32,000 nt of DNA from Planctopirus limnophila DSM 3776 (GTDB lineage: Bacteria > Planctomycetota > Planctomycetia > Planctomycetales > Planctomycetaceae). Both the position numbers and the translations under genes were made by a program. The DNA lies in the NCBI RefSeq assembly GCF_000092105.1, contig NC_014148.1:1920001-1952000 (forward strand), written 5' to 3'. Each line of letters starts with the position of its first letter. Position 1 is the stretch's first letter. Under the pieces are notes generated by a model. The model searched no databases and was not told where the DNA came from. It saw only the letters and a program-made list of their open reading frames with translations. Positions 25,656 to 32,000 of this stretch are shown here, in pieces.

Positions 25656-26864
25656 TCATTCTTGACTGCACTGCGTGGCAATGGCCAACGCAAGCAGACA
25701 CCCATCCATGAATTCGTCAAGATTGATAAACTCCTTGATGGTGTGAATCTCATGCTGACCGGCACCCATGGTGACCGTGGGCACGCCATGTTTCACCAGC
25801 CAGTTGGCATCCAGACCACCATTCGAGGACTTTGTGATCGGCGACATACCAATCGATTTGGCAGCTTCGATGGCACGCACAACGACCGGGCTGTGATCTT
25901 CCAGATGAAACGGAGGATACGCTTTGTGGATTGTAAACTTGAGTGTCGCTCTCTGACCATCGATCGTCGAAACTTCATTCACTGCCTTTTCAAACGCCGC
26001 CTGATAAGCCGCAGTGATCCGGGAATTGAATTCCGCGTCATGACTCCGCGCTTCGCCTTTTAAATAGACATAGTCCGTAACGACATTCGTGGCATCACCG
26101 GCGGCCAGCCCTTTTTTGCCACCAAAAATCCCAATGTTACTGGTTCCATAGCCGTCAGACTTCTGGATTTTCCCAAACCATCCTTGAGCATGCACATCGG
26201 CAATGGCTTTCGAAGCAATCAATGTGGCCGAAATGCCCTGTTCCGGTGCAACTCCAGCGTGTGAAGCCAGGCCAGTGATCTCGACATAGAAGGTTTCCTG
26301 GCCGACGGCTCCAGTGACCAATTCAGCCGGTACTTTTCCATCAAAATTGAAACACATCTGGACATCGGACACCGCTTTTGTATCGAGGTAGCGGGCACCT
26401 TGAATGCCGCTTTCTTCACGGATCGTAAACAGCAGAGTGATCGGCGGGTGAGGAAGCCGATGCTTTAATAGAGCGGCTACAGTCGAGATCAGAACCGCGC
26501 AGCCAGTTCGGTTGTCGCCTCCGAGACCTGTTGATCCATCAGTACAAATCTGGCCCTCTTTAAGAATTGGTTTCGCACCCTGGCAAATGGGAACGGTATC
26601 CAGGTGCGTGGAAAACATGATTCGCGGGCCGGGCTTTGTGCCTGGAAGATGGACAAACAGATTGCCAATTTCACAAGGCAGATCAATTCGGCTGTGAGCA
26701 TCGTCGTTGAACATGCTCGTGGCGGGTACTCCAGCCGCAATCAGTTCTGCCTGGACGGCTTGAGAAATCGCTGTTTCCTGACCACTCAGGCCAGGGACTT
26801 CCAGTAATCGCATGAGCAGGTCAATTGTCGATGATCGCTCAATGTAGGCTGATAAACTTGCCAT
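25656..26864 (-). CDS. M20-family metallopeptidase/amidohydrolase (peptidase T-like)
   Basis: About 402 aa from ATG 26862..26864 (MASLSAYIERSSTIDLL...). The track start at 26999 is a TTG that would overlap the upstream gene. Metal-ligand contexts FSTHLDTV, GLGGDNRTGCAV, FTIREESGIQGA and the C-terminal GAGQHEIHTIKEFINLDE fit the M20 / peptidase T-like fold. Confidence 0.8.
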   Translation of the reverse strand: MASLSAYIERSSTIDLLMRLLEVPGLSGQETAISQAVQAELIAAGVPATSMFNDDAHSRIDLPCEIGNLFVHLPGTKPGPRIMFSTHLDTVPICQGAKPILKEGQICTDGSTGLGGDNRTGCAVLISTVAALLKHRLPHPPITLLFTIREESGIQGARYLDTKAVSDVQMCFNFDGKVPAELVTGAVGQETFYVEITGLASHAGVAPEQGISATLIASKAIADVHAQGWFGKIQKSDGYGTSNIGIFGGKKGLAAGDATNVVTDYVYLKGEARSHDAEFNSRITAAYQAAFEKAVNEVSTIDGQRATLKFTIHKAYPPFHLEDHSPVVVRAIEAAKSIGMSPITKSSNGGLDANWLVKHGVPTVTMGAGQHEIHTIKEFINLDEFMDGCLLALAIATQCSQE

Positions 26865-26961
26865 GAATAATCCTTTAATGATTGATGATGTGACTATGAA
26901 AGTATGGTTTATCAATAAGTGAAAATAATGTCGTCGAAAGAGGGCTTGAACTGATGGAAAG

Positions 26962-28533
26962 TTAAATACCCCATGGGATTCCCAGTAAATACCAGGCAAT
27001 AAACAGAAGTATCCAGCCCGCGAAGATGAACATCACATATGGCAGCATCAAGGAGACAATCGTCCCTACGCCGGCATTCTTGTCGTACTTTTGAGCAAAG
27101 CCTACGACCATGGCGAAGTAAACATTCAAGGGCGTAATCATGTTAATCGGCGAATCGGCGATTCGATAAGCAGCGAGAGCTGCTTCGGGATCGACATTCA
27201 ATTTGACGAGGACAGGAACAAAGATCGGTGCAAAAATCGCCCATTTGGCAATGGCTCCCGTGATCAGAAAATCAAGCAGCCCGACAACGACGATCAATCC
27301 CATCAGTAACCAGAATGGGCCGACATTGGCATCCTTGAGCATGTTCGAAAGATTCACCGCGAGGATGGTGCCCATATTGGAATAGTTAAAGTAGGCCACA
27401 AACTGGCTGATAATCAGCAGCAGAAAGATTGTTCCGCCCAGACTACTGATTGATTTGCCGACGGCATTGATAACATCATTGGTTTTAGCAATCGTGCCGG
27501 CACCGATGCCGTAGGCAATGCCTGTGGCAAGAAACATGACCATAATGACGGCAATCAAGCCGTTCATAAACGGAGAGTTGCCAATGATGGCACCGCTGGC
27601 AGGGTCTCGCAGCGGGGCTTCTGCCGGAATGGTGAGCAGTCCAAAAAAAATCAGGACACCCAGCATGGCCCATAACGAGTAGAGGAGCCCTGTAGACTCT
27701 TGCGGAGTTAATGAGCCACTCTTTTCTATGGGCTTTTCGCCCGTATAAGCACCCAGCCGTGGTTCAATAATTCGTTCTGTGACTAATGTAATGATGACTG
27801 TCAGCAGGGGGACGGAAGCCAGTGAGAACCACAGATTCGCTGTCAATCCAATCGACCGTGAAGGATCCACGAGATGAATGGCATCATTCGTGAACTCCGT
27901 CAGGACGGCATCGAGGGGCTTGATCAGCATATTGACAGTAAACGCCCCCGCGACTGCCGCAAAACCCGCAGCCAGGCCAGCGAGTGGATGTCGGCCAATA
28001 CTGAGAAAAGCAGTACCAGCTAAGGGAATGAGAACTAGATATCCAGCATCAGCACCCACACTGGAAAGAATCCCGACAAAGACCAGGATGTAGGCCAGAA
28101 TGGCTTTGGGGGAAAGAATGACGAGTTTGCGAATCAGAGCCTGTATCAAGCCCGATTCCTCAGCAACCCCGGCACCCACCATGGCCACGATCATGAGTCC
28201 CACAGCGGAAAAACCCATGAAGTTGGGAATCAACTGGGTGTAGATAAAGCGTATGCCGTCACTGGAAAGCAGACTTCGGGCCACCGAGGTTTCTGTTTCA
28301 AGTTGATCGGTCTTTTCATTAATAACCTGAAAACTGACCGAAGCGTTTGCCATTTCCATGATGTGCGAAACGACCACGACCACAGCAATCAGCAACAGAA
28401 AAATCACGGCGGGATGAGGGACCCGGTTTCCTACGGCTTCAACGATATCGAGCATTCGCTGGAGTAAAGAGGTTTTCTTGGTGCTTTCAGGTGTTGTTTG
28501 TGGATTCGAGCCGACTTCACCTGATGGCTGCAT
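26962..28533 (-). CDS. AbgT family transporter (p-aminobenzoyl-glutamate transporter family)
   Basis: About 523 aa from ATG 28531..28533; the track start at 28578 is a TTG. LLQRMLDIVEAVGNRVPHPAVIFLLLIAVVVVVSHI at the N-terminus and the polytopic hydrophobic body are typical of AbgT/MtrF/YdaH. It sits directly upstream of an M20 hydrolase, as in abg operons. Confidence 0.85.
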   Translation of the reverse strand: MQPSGEVGSNPQTTPESTKKTSLLQRMLDIVEAVGNRVPHPAVIFLLLIAVVVVVSHIMEMANASVSFQVINEKTDQLETETSVARSLLSSDGIRFIYTQLIPNFMGFSAVGLMIVAMVGAGVAEESGLIQALIRKLVILSPKAILAYILVFVGILSSVGADAGYLVLIPLAGTAFLSIGRHPLAGLAAGFAAVAGAFTVNMLIKPLDAVLTEFTNDAIHLVDPSRSIGLTANLWFSLASVPLLTVIITLVTERIIEPRLGAYTGEKPIEKSGSLTPQESTGLLYSLWAMLGVLIFFGLLTIPAEAPLRDPASGAIIGNSPFMNGLIAVIMVMFLATGIAYGIGAGTIAKTNDVINAVGKSISSLGGTIFLLLIISQFVAYFNYSNMGTILAVNLSNMLKDANVGPFWLLMGLIVVVGLLDFLITGAIAKWAIFAPIFVPVLVKLNVDPEAALAAYRIADSPINMITPLNVYFAMVVGFAQKYDKNAGVGTIVSLMLPYVMFIFAGWILLFIAWYLLGIPWGI

Positions 28534-28643
28534 GACGACGTTCCGTATCGGTTGTTCTAGATTCGTATGACACACCAAGTCGATAGGTATGAACGGTAAA
28601 CGAAATTCGCAATGTCTAAAAAGCAGTCAACTTCTGTCGGCTG

Positions 28644-30506
28644 CTAAGGCGTGACTGAAGCTGCCGGATAAATTGGCAGCAACCAGGGAACCATGGCGAC
28701 GCTGATGACGAGGACGATCATACTTAGAGGGATACCGACTTTGACAAAATCGCTGAATGAATAATTACCGGGAGTGACCACCAGTGTATTCACAGGTGAT
28801 GAAACGGGAGTCATGAATGCTGTTGAAGCAGCTAAGGCCACGATCATCGCAAAAGGATACGGCGAGGCTTGCATATCGGCAGCCATGGCTAATGCAACAG
28901 GTGCCATCAAGACGGCTGTCGCGGTGTTAGAAATGAACATTCCCAAAATGGCGGTGATCATAAACAGGATCGCCAGCACTCCACGCGGCCCCATACTGCT
29001 GGTGACTGTTCGTAAACTTTCAGCTGCCAATTCGACTCCCCCCGTTTCCTGCAGAGCGATCGAGAAGGGGAGCATGCCGACAATCAGGATCAATGTCTTC
29101 CAGTCGATGCATTTGTAGGCAGTTTCTATCGTGATGCAGCGGAATAAACCCATTATAAGACAACCGATCAGTGCCGCCAGGACATTAGGAACCACGCCGG
29201 AGACCATCAATCCAATCACAATGAGCAGGCTCACCACTGCATAAGGGGCTTTACCCGGTGCTGGCAGCAGATCATGGTATTCCGAAGGATACCTCAATGG
29301 AACAATATAATTGCTGTCCTTCGTCAAATGCCGGATGGCTTTCCAGGGGCCGATCAGCAGCAGGGTATCGCCTGCTTTCAGGGTTTCTTCACGCAGTTTT
29401 TCAGTGACAGCCGCCTTGCTGCGACGCAAACCAATCGCAGTTAATCCCGAGCGGCTGCGAAATTCACTGGAAACAAGTGATTGTCCGACCAGTTCGGAAT
29501 CCACAGGAATGATCACTTCGAGCATCCCGATTTCCTGAGCACGATCGGTAAAGTAGAGCCCACTGAGTGGCATGGGTTCGAGGGCGAATTGAGTCTTCAG
29601 AGCATCTGAGTCAGCCGGGGGCCCGTAAAAATCGACGAGGAGAACATCCCCTGCATGGAGGATTGTTTTGGCCGTGGGTTGGAGGACGGAGCGTTCGCGT
29701 TCAATGGCGACCAGACTGGCACTGGCGGCATTTCTTAAGCCCACTTCCTCAATCGTCTTTCCAACCAGTGGCGATGAGTGACTGATGCGGACTCGCTGTT
29801 CCCGTGTGGCCAGTTCATATTGCTCAACCCAACCGGCCAGCGTGGGCTGCCTGGTATCGGCTTTGGAATCAAATGGGTTGGTTGCAGGGAGCCATTTTCT
29901 AGCGATGAGCATGTAGCCAATCGCTGCCAGTAGTATAGGGATTCCAAAGGGAGCAAAACTAAAAAATCGAAAGCCAGTGCTGTCGGTCTGATGCTGTTCG
30001 GCAAAGCGAATGAGTTCGCTGTTGACTACCAGATTGGGGGCGGTCGCCACCAGGGTCATCATGCCACTGATCAGGGCCGCACAACTCAGTGGCATCATTA
30101 ACCGGCTGGGTGGAGTTCCCGTGCTTTGGCAGATTCTCAGAACGACAGGAATAAAAATCGCTGTCACGGCTGTGGAACTCATCGTCGATCCTAAGCCACA
30201 AACGACCAGCATCAGCAGAACCATCATGCGGGTTTCGCTGCTGCCGGCTTTCGCACTGAGCCAGTCGCCCAGATTTCGAGCAACTCCTGTTCGAACTAAG
30301 CCATCTCCAATCACAAACAGTGCGGCAATCAGCACAATGTTAGGGTCAGAAAACCCTCGCAGGGCATCATTGACCGTAATGATTTGTGTGAGGGGAAGCA
30401 GTGTCAGCATCAGTAAGGCGACAACATCCATCCGTGGTTTGTCGATGGCAAACATCACGATGGCGGCAATCAACAGCGCTAAAACTATTGCGAGTTCAAT
30501 CGTCAT
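28644..30506 (-). CDS. SLC13/DASS-type anion permease with two central TrkA-C (RCK_C) domains
   Basis: 620 aa. Hydrophobic N- and C-terminal halves flank two soluble repeats, RVRISHSSPLVGKTIEEVGLRNAASASLVAIERE...HAGDVLLV and LEVIIPVDSELVGQSLVSSEFRSRSGLTAIGLRR...LKAGDTLLLIG. These are typical TrkA-C domains. Confidence 0.85.
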   Translation of the reverse strand: MTIELAIVLALLIAAIVMFAIDKPRMDVVALLMLTLLPLTQIITVNDALRGFSDPNIVLIAALFVIGDGLVRTGVARNLGDWLSAKAGSSETRMMVLLMLVVCGLGSTMSSTAVTAIFIPVVLRICQSTGTPPSRLMMPLSCAALISGMMTLVATAPNLVVNSELIRFAEQHQTDSTGFRFFSFAPFGIPILLAAIGYMLIARKWLPATNPFDSKADTRQPTLAGWVEQYELATREQRVRISHSSPLVGKTIEEVGLRNAASASLVAIERERSVLQPTAKTILHAGDVLLVDFYGPPADSDALKTQFALEPMPLSGLYFTDRAQEIGMLEVIIPVDSELVGQSLVSSEFRSRSGLTAIGLRRSKAAVTEKLREETLKAGDTLLLIGPWKAIRHLTKDSNYIVPLRYPSEYHDLLPAPGKAPYAVVSLLIVIGLMVSGVVPNVLAALIGCLIMGLFRCITIETAYKCIDWKTLILIVGMLPFSIALQETGGVELAAESLRTVTSSMGPRGVLAILFMITAILGMFISNTATAVLMAPVALAMAADMQASPYPFAMIVALAASTAFMTPVSSPVNTLVVTPGNYSFSDFVKVGIPLSMIVLVISVAMVPWLLPIYPAASVTP

Positions 30507-30690
30507 GGGAGGAGCTCAAAGGATGCGACGAAACTTGTGGACTTGAAGGTGAAGACAGTCTGACTGTGAGACTGCGGACTGAAACAAAAACTGAGGGCTG
30601 ACACAAAGGTAGTCTTTCCGCCTGTGAATCGAAAGCCGGAGAAGCCAGAGTTCAGCCGATCGAAAATACTTTTGAAATGCTCTTTGATCA

Positions 30691-31008
30691 TTAATGGGTC
30701 ATCTTCAAGATGATGACTCCACCAATGATCAGCATGACTCCCAGCACTCTGCCAAAAGAGATGGGGTCGCCGTACCAGGCAATTCCGATGGCGAATGTGC
30801 CCGCTGCTCCAATGCCTGTCCACACGGCATAAGCTGTCCCAATCGGAATCTGCCTCTGCGCGAGCCACAGCATCCAGCCACTTAAACCCATGAGCAGCAC
30901 GGCTGTGATCAGCCCCGTCCAGCGAGATTCTGGTGCCTGTGACATTTTCAAACCCACAGGCCAGCCAATTTCCAGTAAGCCAGCCATGATCAAATACAAC
31001 CAGGCCAT
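30691..31008 (-). CDS. sugE: SMR family transporter, SugE/Gdx subtype (guanidinium / quaternary-cation exporter)
   Basis: 105 aa. MAWLYLIMAGLLEIGWPVGLK...IPIGTAYAVWTGIGAAGT...GVIILKMTH is near-colinear with E. coli SugE as I recall it, including the conserved Glu in TM1. AGGAGA lies 6-7 nt upstream of the ATG. Confidence 0.9.
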   Translation of the reverse strand: MAWLYLIMAGLLEIGWPVGLKMSQAPESRWTGLITAVLLMGLSGWMLWLAQRQIPIGTAYAVWTGIGAAGTFAIGIAWYGDPISFGRVLGVMLIIGGVIILKMTH

Positions 31009-31132
31009 TCTTGTTCTCCTGTTCGATTGTGTTGAGACAGTCTGCGCTGATGTTCAAGAAGTGACCGACAAAATCATCGCCAAGGCGAGCTTAACGATCC
31101 CGGCGCTGCCTGTCGTGAAAGGGCTCGAGCTT

Positions 31133-31381
31133 TCAGTTTCGGATGTAGTAGCTGCCGTTCAACAGAGTCAGAGGGGTGAACATCGCTACCGGGATGTTAT
31201 CCGGAAAACGATGGCGGCCGGTTGTGTGGGTTACTTCGTTCAGATCACAGGTTGCCGATTGATCTAGTTCGGAAGGGACGGCGATTTCCACATCGAATAT
31301 TTTCCCGATGTTCCCTAACGCGAACCTCTCCAGAAAAGCCGTGTCTGCGGAACGGAACAATTTCACATTTTCTATAGGCAT
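31133..31381 (-). CDS. Hypothetical small protein (82 aa)
   Basis: ATG-initiated ORF in an otherwise unassigned gap. Its codon choice looks similar to neighbouring genes, and I recognised no motif. It could be non-coding. Confidence 0.3.
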   Translation of the reverse strand: MPIENVKLFRSADTAFLERFALGNIGKIFDVEIAVPSELDQSATCDLNEVTHTTGRHRFPDNIPVAMFTPLTLLNGSYYIRN

Positions 31382-31463
31382 CCCAACACAGTATCAAGAA
31401 GCTAGGGAAGGCCCACTCAGTTGGATGTAGCCGAGTGTGCATTGATGCTTCGGGAAGTCAGTC

Positions 31464-31904
31464 GTGCAAGCCGTTATCTTCATGGGCCTGCAAGCGTCGG
31501 GAAAATCTTCCTTCTACAAGGAACGGTTCTTCGCCACGCACGTTCGCATCAGCCTTGATCTTTTGCGGACTCGGAATCGAGAACGCAGACTGATGGCCAT
31601 GTGTCTGGAGACACAGCAGCCGTTTGTCATCGACAACACGAACCCGACTCGGGATGAGCGAGCGAAGTACATCGACGCTGCAAAGTCGGCCAACTTTTCT
31701 GTGGTTGGATACTACTTCCGATCCAAAACGGATGAATGCATGGCTCGAAATCAGCAGCGCAGCGAACCTGTGCCCGATATCGGCATCCTGTCCACAGCCA
31801 GGAAGCTGGAACTTCCCGCATTTGGAGAAGGTTTCGACACCCTGAAATATGTGCGACTGACACAAGCTGGTTTCGTCGTCGAGGAGTGGAACCATGAAAT
31901 TTGA
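31464..31904 (+). CDS. P-loop polynucleotide-kinase-like protein (PNK/AAA_33-type)
   Basis: 146 aa with a GTG start. The Walker A is GLQASGKSS. FVIDNTNPTRDERAKYIDAAKSANFSVVGYYF, followed by ...LELPAFGEGFD, parallels the kinase domain of polynucleotide kinases (the IDNTNP...R..Y motif of PNKP / T4 Pnk-type enzymes). Its stop overlaps the next gene's start. Confidence 0.75.
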   Translation: MQAVIFMGLQASGKSSFYKERFFATHVRISLDLLRTRNRERRLMAMCLETQQPFVIDNTNPTRDERAKYIDAAKSANFSVVGYYFRSKTDECMARNQQRSEPVPDIGILSTARKLELPAFGEGFDTLKYVRLTQAGFVVEEWNHEI

Positions 31905-32000
31905 TGATCTCGACAACAAGATGAGGGTCTTCGAGACCGCTGCCGACCTGTGCGTGCTGCCCGGCATGTTCATGGTCGCTCGTCTCGATGGTCGGAGCTT
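31894..32000 (+). CDS. Thg1-like protein (tRNA-His guanylyltransferase family 3'-5' polymerase); N-terminal 35 codons only, truncated by the window edge
   Basis: Absent from the ORF track because it is edge-truncated. ATG 31894 reads MKFDDLDNKMRVFETAADLCVLPGMFMVARLDGRS. This fits the Thg1/TLP N-terminal pattern (..FE....LP...IVVRIDGR.F). It overlaps the kinase ORF by 11 nt (ATGAAATTTGA). Confidence 0.7.
   Translation, partial: MKFDDLDNKMRVFETAADLCVLPGMFMVARLDGRS

Noticed and set aside
30010-30546. 178-aa plus-strand ORF
   Set aside because: It is antisense to the SLC13 permease, whose two TrkA-C repeats and hydrophobic halves are unambiguous.
30503-31057. 184-aa minus-strand ORF spanning the sugE region
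   Set aside because: It overlaps sugE in another frame. SugE is near-colinear with the known family and has a good Shine-Dalgarno, so this ORF is a frame artefact.
31009-31132. Looked for a guanidine riboswitch (ykkC, mini-ykkC, ykkC-III) in the sugE leader
   Set aside because: The only ACGA sits in UUUCACGACAGG with no flanking GC stem. There is no paired ACGR hairpin and no ykkC-like conserved block. Only a Shine-Dalgarno (AGGAGA) and a very weak UCGCC/GGCGA hairpin are present. A covariance-model scan would be decisive.
31458-31973. 171-aa minus-strand ORF opposite the kinase and Thg1-like genes
   Set aside because: The plus-strand frames carry a Walker A, the PNK-type DNTNP motif and the Thg1 N-terminal signature. 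The minus-strand translation has none.
1-32000. Scan for mobile elements, CRISPR arrays, long direct or inverted repeats, and defence-island hallmarks
   Set aside because: I saw no transposase, integrase or recombinase-like translation, no regularly spaced repeats and no long terminal repeats. The only intra-window similarity is the protein-level paralogy inside the ATP-grasp/Alpha-E/transglutaminase array.

Overview
Dense, mostly chromosomal-looking 32-kb segment with about 24 protein genes on both strands. I recognised no rRNA, tRNA, CRISPR array, transposase or integrase. All family calls come from motifs I read in the translations; no database search was run. The gene content (CxPSR sulfatase, secreted HEAT-repeat protein, lidless Hsp70 paralogue, many genes without a Shine-Dalgarno) suggests a Planctomycetota-like organism, which is inference only.

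Layout, left to right:
- pstS (edge-truncated, missing from the ORF track) and a PhoR-type sensor kinase.
- A 10-kb co-directional five-gene array (3178..13281, minus strand) holding two paralogous sets of circularly permuted ATP-grasp, Alpha-E and transglutaminase-like proteins, including a 1188-aa transglutaminase/DUF2126-type giant and an 897-aa ATP-grasp+Alpha-E fusion.
- A sulfatase, then an enoyl-CoA hydratase plus phosphate acyltransferase pair preceded by a HEAT-repeat secreted protein.
- An orphan lidless Hsp70, then glutaminase plus a 14-TM MFS transporter.
- A minus-strand run of SugE, an SLC13/DASS permease, AbgT, an M20 peptidase and DUF1269, closed by a strong intrinsic terminator and followed by an orphan membrane-anchored ORF.
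- At the right edge, a polynucleotide-kinase-like P-loop kinase whose stop overlaps the start of a truncated Thg1-like 3'-5' polymerase.

The best candidate for an undescribed system is the ATP-grasp/Alpha-E/transglutaminase array, a predicted peptide-ligase or protein-modification machinery with no known substrate. The kinase plus Thg1-like RNA 5'-end repair pair comes second.
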